Of a stretch of 64,000 nucleotides of DNA, positions 1 to 9,720 are shown piece by piece. The translations under genes were made by a program, and so were the position numbers. The notes under the pieces are model-generated. The model was given only the letters and a program-made list of their open reading frames with translations, was not told the DNA's origin and made no database searches. Location: positions 6,322 through 70,321 of the forward strand of contig JACPUW010000030.1 of the NCBI GenBank assembly GCA_016192035.1, written 5' to 3'. This DNA comes from Bacteroidota bacterium (GTDB lineage Bacteria > Bacteroidota > Bacteroidia > CAILMK01 > JACPUW01). The stretch's first letter is position 1; the number at the start of each line of letters is the position of its first letter.

Positions 1-732
1 ACTGGGCGGGGTTGACTGGAGCTCCTGCAGTTCCCGGCTAAAATCCCTAAGGCCCATATGCTGCATCACCCGCAATGCCCCCGCAATGCCCACATGGGTA
101 ATCTTCCGGTCCAGGTTCATGGATTTGCCGCCTTCAAAAAGCAATACCTTCTTGCCCATGCCCGTAAGGGCTTCCCTAAACGACTTGTCGCGGTTTTTGG
201 CGTGGAGTATAAACCTGGTGCCAAATACTTTGGCCATTTGCAGCGATTCGGGATCGCTGCTGTCCACCCGCACCTGGGTATAGTTAAACCGCCCTGCACC
301 ACCGGTATGGTAATCTATGCTGTAGTCTATGTAGGGAGCCACGTCATGAATGAGCGCGTGGGCAAACCGGCTGGCCAACGAGCCGTTTTCAGATCCGGGG
401 AATACCCGGTTTAGGTCGCGCCCATCAGGTAGGGAGCGCGTATTGTTGATAAAGCCAAAGATATTGACCACGGGTATGCAGATTACCATGCCCGCCTTGG
501 GCTTGTTATAGCCCTTGGCCACTATCTGCCTCACAATTTCCACCCCATTGGTCTCGTCGCCGTGTATGCCGGCGGTGAGCATCAGGCAGGGGCCATCCTT
601 GCGCCCCCGTTCTATGATTACAGGTACCTCAATCTTGGTACGGGTGTGCAATCGGGCTATGTCCAGGTTTATTACGGTGCGCTTTCCGGGCTTGATGTCG
701 GTGTTTAGTATGCGTATCTTGCTAATCGACAT
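1..732 (-). CDS. Succinylglutamate desuccinylase/aspartoacylase (M14) family protein, 3'-truncated by window edge
   Basis: Not in ORF track; translated by hand from ATG at 732: [16 protein letters not shown]...[10 protein letters not shown]...DLNRVFPG...DYHTG (M14 ASTE/ASPA zinc motifs); overlaps the rimK stop. Confidence 0.9.
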   Translation of the reverse strand, partial: MSISKIRILNTDIKPGKRTVINLDIARLHTRTKIEVPVIIERGRKDGPCLMLTAGIHGDETNGVEIVRQIVAKGYNKPKAGMVICIPVVNIFGFINNTRSLPDGRDLNRVFPGSENGSLASRFAHALIHDVAPYIDYSIDYHTGGAGRFNYTQVRVDSSDPESLQMAKVFGTRFILHAKNRDKSFREALTGMGKKVLLFEGGKSMNLDRKITHVGIAGALRVMQHMGLRDFSRELQELQSTPPS

Positions 733-1597
733 TGCGTTCTATATACCTGATAATGGCGTTGGCTATGTTTTTTTCGGTGGCCCGCTCTATCCCCTCAAGA
801 CCGGGCGAAGAGTTTACTTCCATGATTTTGGGGCCATTCTTGGATTGGAGCATGTCAACCCCCGCTATGCCCAGGCCCATGACCTTGGCCGCCTTTAGGG
901 CGGTGTTTTCCTCCTCTTCGGTGAGCTCTATGGGGCTGGCCGTGCCGCCCCGGTGCAGGTTTGACCTAAACTCTCCTTCCTTGGCTTGGCGTTTCATGGC
1001 GGCCACCACTACCCCGTCCACCACAAATGCCCGTATATCACCCCCTTCGGCTTCCTTGATAAATTCTTGGACAATAACACGGACCTTTAAGCCTTGAAAG
1101 GCTTCCAATACCGACTCGGCGGCACTTTTGGTCTCGGCCAGCACCACCCCCATGCCCTGAGTGCCTTCCAACAGTTTTATCACACAGGGCGCCCCACCCA
1201 CCTGGCGTATCAATGCCGACACGTCTTTGGAATAATTGGTAAAGGCGGTTTTGGGAAGGCCCAAACCCGCGCGCGATAGGATCTGCAGGCTCCTGAGCTT
1301 GTCGCGGCTGCGCATAAGGGCTTGTGACTCGGTAGTGGTAAAGACTTTCATCATTTCAAACTGGCGCACCACGGCGGTGCCATAAAAGGTGACACTTGCG
1401 CCAATTCGGGGAATTACCGCGTCAATGCCCGTCACCTCGTGCCCCTTGTAAAAAATTTGGGGCTTTTTTCGCTCTATCACTATGTCGCACTTGGTGTGGT
1501 CTATCACCAGCATCTCATGGCCCCGTTGCTCGCCTACCTCCCGTATGCGCTGGGTGGAGTATAGCCTGGGATTTCTGGACAAGACAACTATTTTCAT
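722..1597 (-). CDS. rimK: RimK family alpha-L-glutamate ligase (ATP-grasp)
   Basis: [56 protein letters not shown]; start set at ATG 1597. Confidence 0.95.
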   Translation of the reverse strand: MKIVVLSRNPRLYSTQRIREVGEQRGHEMLVIDHTKCDIVIERKKPQIFYKGHEVTGIDAVIPRIGASVTFYGTAVVRQFEMMKVFTTTESQALMRSRDKLRSLQILSRAGLGLPKTAFTNYSKDVSALIRQVGGAPCVIKLLEGTQGMGVVLAETKSAAESVLEAFQGLKVRVIVQEFIKEAEGGDIRAFVVDGVVVAAMKRQAKEGEFRSNLHRGGTASPIELTEEEENTALKAAKVMGLGIAGVDMLQSKNGPKIMEVNSSPGLEGIERATEKNIANAIIRYIERNVD

Positions 1598-1645
1598 GGA
1601 GGTAATTTGAGTGTGGGGCGCGGCTTGGCTTCGGTACAAATTTGC

Positions 1646-2116
1646 TTAGGCTTGGCATTTATGGCGGCTCATGCACGCTTTCTTTTTATATGAAAGGTTG
1701 GTGCGGGCGGTGTCAACCACAAACCGGCGGTTGAGCAAGTGACGGCCCAGCAGCACCGGATAGCGCATTTCCATCCGGTTGGTCAGTGACAACTCAATGG
1801 TAAATAGCGTGTTAAATAATAGAATGCGGGTTTCGAACACGTACCGTTCCTGGATGAGGCCATTGGAGCTTTTCACTAGCTTGGTTTTGTACTGCTCTAT
1901 GGTAAATTCCTTGTGGTTGTACTGGGAGTGCATGGGGTCAAGCAGCTGAAAACGTATAGCCCTAACGCCATTGTGGTCCACTTCCTCTATGTGGTCGCAA
2001 TGGATGGCGCAGCCAAAAGCACCGGTATCCACCTTTACGTCCAGGTCCACCAAATCAAGGTCTGGAAAATCTATCTTGTCAACTCGGCCAATGGTGGTTC
2101 GGGCTATTCTTGGCAT
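1646..2116 (-). CDS. RimK-associated retropepsin-like protease (RimB-like)
   Basis: KVDTGA catalytic motif, ELSLTNRMEMRYPVLLGR; directly upstream of rimK. Confidence 0.88.
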   Translation of the reverse strand: MPRIARTTIGRVDKIDFPDLDLVDLDVKVDTGAFGCAIHCDHIEEVDHNGVRAIRFQLLDPMHSQYNHKEFTIEQYKTKLVKSSNGLIQERYVFETRILLFNTLFTIELSLTNRMEMRYPVLLGRHLLNRRFVVDTARTNLSYKKKACMSRHKCQA

Positions 2117-2283
2117 AGGGCGGAAGGGCTGATGCTGCGGGCTAAGGTAATGTCTGTACAAAACGGGGAAACTTAGGTAAGCGGAAATTTCATGGAATGG
2201 TGAAATGGAATTATGGATACCTAGGGCTGGCTGCCCCGTTTTATGTATTCACATACTGATATTTACATCCTGATCAATGGGCC

Positions 2284-2865
2284 TCAGCAATTGCGGTATT
2301 TATGGTGTAGGCCCTGTCCTTGCAGGATCATGACCTTGCATTTTTCCAGGCGTTGGGCCCTGGTACTTGCTTGTTTGGCCCCGCCTATGTGCTCGGCGTA
2401 TTCCTTGCGCTTGCCGGGGCTTAGGGCCTTGAATGCCGCGTGCAGCAAAGGGTCTTCCAGGGCTGTCTCCAATTCCAATGGCATGGCCACCTTTTTGGCC
2501 TGAGGGGTAATTTCAAGTCCTTTTGATTGATTGTGAGCCGCTTCAAAAACATATGCCCGAATGCTTTCCAGGTCCAGTGGCTCACCGGCCTTAAACCGCC
2601 ACTGCCTGAGCCCGCGTGTCTTGCCCTCACCGGCATTGGTAAGCACGCCCAAGGGATCACTTAGAAATACCCCTTGATGAAACCACATGGCATAGTGCTG
2701 GCTAAATCCCATTAAGCCGATAACATTCTTGCCACTGACCGTATAGTGAGGGGCTCCCCATTTCATGCATTCGTTGAGCCCGCATGACAGTATAGTGGCC
2801 CGCAGGGTTTCCAACTCGGTTTTCCAGGGCGATTCCAAGATATAGGCATCAGTGGTAGCGGGCAT
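2284..2865 (-). CDS. YdeI/OmpD-associated family protein (DUF1801 + OmdA)
   Basis: KWGAPHY, WFHQG, C-terminal FKALSPGKRKEY...AKQASTRAQR. Confidence 0.88.
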   Translation of the reverse strand: MPATTDAYILESPWKTELETLRATILSCGLNECMKWGAPHYTVSGKNVIGLMGFSQHYAMWFHQGVFLSDPLGVLTNAGEGKTRGLRQWRFKAGEPLDLESIRAYVFEAAHNQSKGLEITPQAKKVAMPLELETALEDPLLHAAFKALSPGKRKEYAEHIGGAKQASTRAQRLEKCKVMILQGQGLHHKYRNC

Positions 2866-3110
2866 GTTTGTGTTTGACTTGGTTCGGTGGAGCCAAAAGT
2901 AGCAAAATGGATTGGCCAAGTGTATGGCATGAACATGCTGATTCACCAATCGATGACCTATGTAGATGAGCTAAAGGGCTAGGCCATATAGGTTTTAATG
3001 TGGCAGATGGAAAGCCAGGCTGGTTTAGTGCGCCCAAGTGGAAGGAGGATGGATTTTTGAGGTGCGTACTTTTGCCTAGAAACCGCATAGATGCTTAGGC
3101 AATTCCACCC

Positions 3111-3608
3111 ATGAAACTGGATGATTGGCATATAAAACTTTTGGAGTCGCTGGCCCTGGTGCTGGCTATAGCCATGCTCCGTATGCTGGTGCGCCGGGTA
3201 GTGGTGCGCAGGCTTTTGGCAGCCAACTTTGGCCATGAGCGACGGGTCATTGCCTCGCGGGCTTTCAATATCTTGTACGTGGTCATAGCCCTGGCCATAT
3301 TGGCCGCTATTTGGGGCTTGGAAGGAAAACAGGTCTTGGCCTTTGCCGCGTCCATCCTCGCCGTGGTGGGAATTGGTTTTTTTGCGCAGTGGTCCCTGTT
3401 GTCTAACATTACCGCCGGGCTGATCCTGTACTTTGGACACCCCATGAAGATAGGCGACCACATTACCATACTTGACGGCGAAAACACCCTGAACGGCACG
3501 GTGGAAGACATTTCCTTGTTTTTTATTTTCGTAAAAAGCAAGGATGGGGTTACCTATACCATGCCCAATAGCGTGGCCATTCAGAAAACCATAACCATAC
3601 ACAAATAG
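3111..3608 (+). CDS. Small MscS-family mechanosensitive channel protein
   Basis: Three TM segments, FFAQWSLLSNITAG, PMKIGDHI, GTVEDISLF, MPNS. Confidence 0.85.
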   Translation: MKLDDWHIKLLESLALVLAIAMLRMLVRRVVVRRLLAANFGHERRVIASRAFNILYVVIALAILAAIWGLEGKQVLAFAASILAVVGIGFFAQWSLLSNITAGLILYFGHPMKIGDHITILDGENTLNGTVEDISLFFIFVKSKDGVTYTMPNSVAIQKTITIHK

Positions 3609-3658
3609 GAAAGGTGATGGAGGCAGTTAGTGCAGGCCCTTTTTTGGGTTTTATGGGG

Positions 3659-4276
3659 TTATTTCAGGGCATCCAGCAGTTGTTTCACTGATGCCCTCTG
3701 GGCATAATCATAGTTGAAATGCCTAAATGCAATACGGCCGTCTTGGGAAATGACATAAGTGGCCGGAACAGGTAGCTGGGCTTGGGCCTGTTCATTGTGC
3801 GCGCCAATATCGGTGAACAGGAATCGCTTGATTTTCTTGTTGTACGCCTCGGTAACAGTAAAGAGCACATCATAAGATTGCATGATGCGCCCGGCGCTAT
3901 CGGCCAAGAAGGTAAACCCCGCCTTTACCTTGTTGTCCATTTTTTCCATTTCTTCCTTATTCTCAGGACTTACCACCACTATGTCCACGTTTTTTTCCAG
4001 TAGGAATGCAAAAGAGTCGCTCAGATTTGACAAGTACCGATTGCAGTAAGGGCACCAGTTGCCCCGGTAAAAAATTAAGATTACTTGTTTGTTTTCCAAG
4101 GTGTTTGACAGGGAAAAACGGCTACCGGCCCAGGTAGCCCCTTCAAACAAAGGGGCTGGGCTACCCACGCGCAACCCCATGGGGGTATAGAGGGTGTCCA
4201 TGCCGTACTTGGCAAAATCTTGTGCCCATAGGGCATGGGATACCAGTGTTATCATGGCGATCAAAGTAAAGCGCAT
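3659..4276 (-). CDS. Secreted AhpC/TSA peroxiredoxin-like redoxin
   Basis: Signal peptide, FYRGNWCPYCN, LPVPATYVI. Confidence 0.88.
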   Translation of the reverse strand: MRFTLIAMITLVSHALWAQDFAKYGMDTLYTPMGLRVGSPAPLFEGATWAGSRFSLSNTLENKQVILIFYRGNWCPYCNRYLSNLSDSFAFLLEKNVDIVVVSPENKEEMEKMDNKVKAGFTFLADSAGRIMQSYDVLFTVTEAYNKKIKRFLFTDIGAHNEQAQAQLPVPATYVISQDGRIAFRHFNYDYAQRASVKQLLDALK

Positions 4277-4383
4277 ACTCAAGGCGTAATATGGCAGGGC
4301 TAACCGTCCAAGCGTTTTAATAGTTTCACTCAAGGCCCATTATTGGCTCAGCCCCTTTTCCTTCAAGGAGGTATCACTAGGCA

Positions 4384-6158
4384 TCAAAGGGGCGGCTGGT
4401 TGGGTATGTCCACCGTTACTATGGTGCCCATGCCAGTGGTAGATTGCATGTCAATACGCCCACAGAGGGTCTTAATGGACTCACTCACTATATATAGGCC
4501 TAAGCCCGAACCTTTGGAGTGAATGGATGCGCGGTAAAACATTTGAAAGACTTTGCCCAGGTGTGCCGACTCTATGCCCAACCCGTTGTCGGCCACTTCT
4601 ATAATAATTCTATCGTTCATTACCCCGGTTTTTACGGCCACATATGGGTTTGGTTTTTTTGGGTCTCCATATTTTAGTGCGTTGGAAATTAAATTATTGA
4701 GCACTACCATGATGCGGCGTTTGTCGGTGTGGGCTATTGGGTTGCCATGGTCCAGGGCTATTTTCTCCACACGTGAACCATAGGCAAACTCCAGATCGGC
4801 AAAGACATCTTGGACAAGGTGTTTCAGGTTCACTTCTCCCACTACCACCTTTAGCCGGGTATTTCGCGAGTAGTCCAGTATGTCATGTATGAACCGGTCA
4901 AGCCTTTTAAGGCTCTGTTCCATCATATGGTACAGTCCGGGAAGCTTATTCGGGTTATCTTCCAGTTTTACCAGTTCTACGAGTCCCATATCCGAGGTGA
5001 GCGGAGCCCGCAGGTCATGGGATATGCTATATACAAACTGGTCAAGCTCGCGGTTGACCTGTTGTAAATCTTGATTTTGCTTTTCAAGTGTGCCTGAGTT
5101 TCGTATGCTCAGGTCCATTTGCTCCTTAAGCTGGCCAAACACCTTTTAAATGATTCATACAGCTCTTTCATTTCGCTCGATGCGTTTTTTATGCCGTTTT
5201 CTAAGGCATCTTCCCCATGCACGGGTACCTTGCTGATGCGCTGCACCAGATCTTGGATAGGTTTGGCACGCCGCCGCGCAAAATAGAGGCTTAGTGTCAC
5301 CCCAAAGGCCAGGGCTAAAAACATGGTGCCATAGTACATTGTTTCAAGCACCACGCTTCGGGCTTGGCTGCTATCGGTGTAGTTTTCTATCAAGCGGTCC
5401 ACGCCCGAAAGGAACTGTTTGCCCTTCAGGTCCAGGTCGTGTGCCAAGCCCTGGCCGCTTATGGATCCCAGTTCATTGGTTATGCCCACAAGTTTCCTGA
5501 AATACTTGCGGTACTTTCTAAGTAGTTCTATTTCAATTTTATTGACTAGGGAATCACGTCCCAATGACTGGAGTAAGGAGGCGGAAAGCAGCTCGTGGCG
5601 CTCTACGTAATAGTTGGATTGGCGTATGATAAAGTCCTTTTCATGGCGGCGGAGCTGGAGCACGGATTCCTTGTTCACGTTTAGCCCTGGATTGTTTTCT
5701 ATTTCGTGTATGTGGCGGCGCATGTCGCCTTCTATGCCGTAGTCCTTAAACCCTTTGCGCCTAATGTTTTGCTCTACTTGCACAAACAGGTCTTGATGTT
5801 GCCGGGCCAAGACAAAAAGGCTGTCGAGAAGCCGAATCTGGGAGATGCCCAGGGGGTGTTCTTTGAGCTTGTTAAGATTGGAAACCAGTGCTTTGTTGTG
5901 GTAAAGGCTGCTGGCCACATAGCTGCTGGTGCCGTAACGGTGGTAGTTCTCATTTCGGCTATCGGTTAACATAAAGGCCTGTTGATTAAGCAATAATTGA
6001 TTGCACTCCAACTCAGTTTCCCTACAGAGCGATTCAAACTGTGCCTGGCGCTCAGCGTTTTTGCCGATCAGCGAAAAAAGGATAAATACCGTTATGAATA
6101 CCACGTTTACCGCCAGATAACTGGATAGCAACTGCGACCGGAAAGACTTGCCAAACAT
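4384..6158 (-). pseudogene. Membrane sensor histidine kinase split by a 1-nt frameshift near 5144-5147
   Basis: ORF 5109..6158 has TM, helical sensor (LRRHEKDFIIR), TM and HAMP-like parts; ORF 4384..5142 has HisKA (SHDLRAPL) and HATPase (NLISNALKY, DNGLGI, GSGLGL). One extra A joins them as ...ESFKKVFGQLKEQ... Confidence 0.75.
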
Positions 6159-6345
6159 AGGGAACGCGCTTTGGGCATCAATTTTAGTTGCCAGGTATAG
6201 GCTGAATATTACCCTTGGGTTACCTTCTGTGAAAAACAGACCAATGCAGCAATGGGTCTGGCACTGTTCCGGGCATACATGGAGGTATTCGGGGCTTAGC
6301 CCAGCTAGCCTTAGATGAAGTATCCAAATGGCAACTCCACTTGAT

Positions 6346-6599
6346 TTACAGGTATTTTAACAATAGCCGAATGCCCACGAAAAGCACCAGGGCAGCGGTA
6401 ATGAGCCTGATTTGACCAGGGCGCAGCATTTGGTTTTTGATGCGCGCACCGAGCCATCCGCCCAGGGCCACCGGCACCAGCACGGCAAACAATAAACCCA
6501 GTTGGAGCTCAAAACGCTGGGTAGCCACCAGTCCTGCCAATCCCGCCAGGGAATTCACCAGGATAAAGAACCCCGCCAGGCTGGCTATTTCCCTGGGCT
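6346..6599 (-). pseudogene. Orphan 3' fragment (about 84 codons) of the TauE/SafE gene at 8957..9712
   Basis: PREIASLAGFFILVNSLAGLAG...GIRLLLKYL matches the C-terminus of the full gene; similarity ends abruptly at 6599. Confidence 0.9.
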
Positions 6600-6724
6600 C
6601 TAGGAAAGTGTCAAAGCGCAGCATTAAGAAAACACAAACCATTTGGTACCGTCATGTATTTTTTAATCGTTTTGAACCATAGTTCGTTTAGACGAAGTAT
6701 ATTCGCACGTTAAAAAACATATAC

Positions 6725-7261
6725 ATGAGCAAGAAACATTTTTTAATCTATTTGTTAACTGCATCGGTTTCAATGGTAATTTTGACACAATGCAACGAAC
6801 TCGATGTGGAGTTTGAGCTTAAAGGAGACAAGGCTAATCCAGGGCCTCGGCGTTTATCTATGATACCAGGAACAAACTTTTATTATATGATCATAGATGG
6901 TGGAGAAGACCCGGTTTCGGACCCAAACCCTTCTGAAGATGGAGATTTCGATTGCAAAACAGCTAAAGGTGGAAATTGTCTGGAAGTGACGGTATGGGGA
7001 TTGGTTGCCTACGATGGTTTAATTGATGCGATTAATAACAGTGAAACCCACGTGTATTTTTCTGACCCGGAGGAGCCATATTTTGACATTTTTTCCGATT
7101 CGGCTTTTTTGTACTTCTTGCCACAGCTCCAAACAGGCGACCTAATAATGATAAAGGCCAACAACGACGCGTTTTGTGTGGTTAACAACACCTACGACCC
7201 AATAGAAACGGGATGGAATGAGGACAGTATCTTGTTCGCTTATCCATATGAATTTGAATAG
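6725..7261 (+). CDS. Hypothetical acidic lipoprotein
   Basis: MSKKH + hydrophobic core + LTQC lipobox; D/E-rich; C-x7-C; upstream TATATTCG (-7-like) at 6698. Confidence 0.7.
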   Translation: MSKKHFLIYLLTASVSMVILTQCNELDVEFELKGDKANPGPRRLSMIPGTNFYYMIIDGGEDPVSDPNPSEDGDFDCKTAKGGNCLEVTVWGLVAYDGLIDAINNSETHVYFSDPEEPYFDIFSDSAFLYFLPQLQTGDLIMIKANNDAFCVVNNTYDPIETGWNEDSILFAYPYEFE

Positions 7262-8498
7262 ATTGTTGTCATTGAAGCTCATTGTGCCTGTATTTGCATT
7301 ATTCCTGCTCATACAAGGCAGGTGTTCCCACCTCAAATATCTCAAACCACAGAAGGGTGAATTGACCTTAAAGGATTCCATTTTCTATCAAAAAAGGGAC
7401 ATTCAGCCATCGTTTTTGGGATACCGTACTTTTGATTCTGTGGACTTTAGGTTTGAGTACTTTAGTAATGAAAATTCACTTTTCATCATCAACCTTGACA
7501 CGTACGATACCACCTTTATTGAATTGCCGGAAGGCTATTTTGTAAAGGCAGGTCAGGTGGATTTTTTAGACGAAAGCACCGTGGTCTATCAACATACACC
7601 CGAGCCCGGGATAGCTGAAAGCGTGTTGAGATTAAGCATAATAAAATCCAATGGGGAGGTGTACCAAGTGCTTGACACATTTGATATTCTTAATGAGATG
7701 CGTTATATATGTTATGCCTTTTACTATAATCTGAATCCTATCCGTTGCTTTGGGAACCATGTTTTTGTTCCTGTTTTGGTCAAGAAAAAGGGCGAAAACG
7801 GTTGGAGAAACCCCTTTGTGCAGCAGCCGGACGGGAAGCCCAAAGGGCCTCCCTGCGAGCTGCATTACTTGTGGGATAAACAGAACAAAAAGCTCATATA
7901 TAAGGGGGTAATTGGCAGCTATCCCATCCACTATGTGCATAAAGAGCATGCAGTAACCGGGCATTTCCGAAATTACTTTGTGGACGAAAAGGGGGATTCA
8001 CTTACCGTCCAGAGCTTTGGTGAATGCGATACGGTGTTTATCTATGCCCTCAATGGCTCGCTGAGGGGAACGGCTGTGGTGGGCAGGTCCCAATCCGGCG
8101 ATTTCCCAAAGGATACCTTTAATCAAGATCTCAACATTCAGTTTGAACGCTTTATATTGCACAAGTCTTACCGGAATATCTGGGCGGATGCCAAGGGCAT
8201 ATACCGCCGGGTAACCTACCCAACACCCATAGAGAAGGACGAGATAAGAAAACGGACCATTAGGGAAAAACGGGGAGCCATACTGGCGGCCTGGTATGAC
8301 CCCAAGACCAATGCCTACTCAGAAGCGATAGAATATGCCTGGGCGACCAAAAGGGAAGAAACCCCAGAGTATTACGGATACCATGGCCTCTATATTCAAA
8401 GCAGAACTTATGTGCTCAAGGACGGTACCTTTTCTACTTATTTCAATCGCTATACTCTCTGCCTGCCACAGCCGGGTACAGAGAAAAAGGGACATTAG
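7248..8498 (+). CDS. Exported beta-propeller-like protein (DUF4221-like)
   Basis: Signal/lipoprotein-like N-terminus, about 416 aa beta-rich, YRNIWAD...YRRV segment reminiscent of DUF4221; overlaps the upstream stop. Confidence 0.55.
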   Translation: MNLNRLLSLKLIVPVFALFLLIQGRCSHLKYLKPQKGELTLKDSIFYQKRDIQPSFLGYRTFDSVDFRFEYFSNENSLFIINLDTYDTTFIELPEGYFVKAGQVDFLDESTVVYQHTPEPGIAESVLRLSIIKSNGEVYQVLDTFDILNEMRYICYAFYYNLNPIRCFGNHVFVPVLVKKKGENGWRNPFVQQPDGKPKGPPCELHYLWDKQNKKLIYKGVIGSYPIHYVHKEHAVTGHFRNYFVDEKGDSLTVQSFGECDTVFIYALNGSLRGTAVVGRSQSGDFPKDTFNQDLNIQFERFILHKSYRNIWADAKGIYRRVTYPTPIEKDEIRKRTIREKRGAILAAWYDPKTNAYSEAIEYAWATKREETPEYYGYHGLYIQSRTYVLKDGTFSTYFNRYTLCLPQPGTEKKGH

Positions 8499-8877
8499 TG
8501 CAAATGAGAGGGTTTTCAATGCCTATCTCATCAATGAGCACCAAAGGGCACCAGAAGATGACGGGTATTACCTCATCATACCAGCCATGCACTGTGGCTC
8601 ATGCGTAAATTCATTACTGCCCGCCATGCAGGGTTTCAATCTCTGCCCATTAACGTATATAGCGATTAAGGCGCTTGATATGAAAGGGATATGCGAAAAC
8701 GTGGGTTATCTACACGCCACAAGAAAAATCAATACTTATAATATGCCACTCCATAGCATCGCTCTTATACGGTACCACGATGGTAAAATGCGCTACCTAC
8801 ACAGTTTCCAGCATTTTGAAGATGCCATGCTAAAGGCTGAACTCCAAAGCCTAACGAAGGATCCATCTGCAAAATAG
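8410..8877 (+). CDS. Thioredoxin-like CxxC lipoprotein
   Basis: ILSAC lipobox; YLIIPAMHCGSCV. Confidence 0.6.
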   Translation: MCSRTVPFLLISIAILSACHSRVQRKRDISANERVFNAYLINEHQRAPEDDGYYLIIPAMHCGSCVNSLLPAMQGFNLCPLTYIAIKALDMKGICENVGYLHATRKINTYNMPLHSIALIRYHDGKMRYLHSFQHFEDAMLKAELQSLTKDPSAK

Positions 8878-8956
8878 TATGGAGCAATGGGCCAGAACCA
8901 GAACGTTTTACTAGCTATGGGCAATGCCCCATCCATGGCATGGCTTACCAAATGGC

Positions 8957-9712
8957 CTACAAGTATTTAACCAATAGCCTTATGCCCACAAAAAGCACCA
9001 GGGCAGCGGTTATGAGCCTGATTTGACCAGGGCGGAGCACCTTGTTTTTGAGCCCCGACCCCAGCAGGCCGCCCAGGGCCACCGGCACCAGCACGGCAAA
9101 CAATAAACCCGGTTGGAGTTCAAACCGCTGGGTAGCCACCAGTCCTGCCAATCCCGCCAGGGAATTCACCAGGATAAAGAACCCCGCCAGGCTGGCTATT
9201 TCCCTGGGCTGGGCCAGGCGCAGCAGGTGGCACAGCGGGGATAGAAAAATGCCCCCACCTATGCCCACCATGCCCGACAAAAAACCTACCCCCCCGCCCA
9301 GCAATAGGGGTTTAAGTCTTGAGGGGTCAGATACATAAACCCGGTTTTGGAGCCACCATACCTGCGCGGCCAAACCCAGGGCAGAGAGGATAAGGGCCAT
9401 GGACAAGGCCAGGAAAAAAAACCTATCGGATAGGGCCAGGGTAGCCCCTAGGTATGACATGGGCACGCTTAGTGCGGTATAGGGCACTATTTGGCGGGTG
9501 TGCAATAGTCCATGCCTGTAGGCCATGAATGTGCCAATACCCACCACAGCTATGTTGCACACCAAAGCCTGGCTGCGTATGATATGCTGATCGGCCAGGT
9601 AAAGCGCCAGAATCGCCAGGTAACTGGAACCCCCGCCAAAACCCACCGAGCTATAGAGCGTGGCTATCACAAAAAACAGCAAGGAGATCCAAACAATCGT
9701 CTGCCATTCCAT
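8957..9712 (-). CDS. Sulfite exporter TauE/SafE (TSUP) family protein
   Basis: LYSSVGFGGGSSY and GMVGIGGGIFLSP repeat motifs, about 8 TM. Confidence 0.92.
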   Translation of the reverse strand: MEWQTIVWISLLFFVIATLYSSVGFGGGSSYLAILALYLADQHIIRSQALVCNIAVVGIGTFMAYRHGLLHTRQIVPYTALSVPMSYLGATLALSDRFFFLALSMALILSALGLAAQVWWLQNRVYVSDPSRLKPLLLGGGVGFLSGMVGIGGGIFLSPLCHLLRLAQPREIASLAGFFILVNSLAGLAGLVATQRFELQPGLLFAVLVPVALGGLLGSGLKNKVLRPGQIRLITAALVLFVGIRLLVKYL

Positions 9713-9720
9713 GGTATCGC

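Larger units (their letters stand above)
6346..9210. repeat. 254-bp direct repeat pair 6346-6599 / 8957-9210 flanking a 3-gene cassette
   Basis: Manual ungapped alignment: 24 mismatches in 254 nt; 6515-6599 (85 nt) is identical to its partner. Confidence 0.92.

Noticed and set aside
2979..3602. 207-aa and 148-aa minus-strand ORFs
   Set aside because: Antisense shadows of the MscS gene; likewise for the many short ORFs opposite rimK, comM, rarA, hflKC and susC.
6600..6642. N-terminus MVCVFLMLRFDTFLE of the 98-aa ORF
   Set aside because: Lies outside the repeat and overlaps the cassette promoter region; probably a chance in-frame ATG.
6346..9210. Repeat pair as a diversity-generating retroelement TR/VR
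   Set aside because: Mismatches involve all four bases rather than adenines, many are synonymous, and no reverse transcriptase is present.
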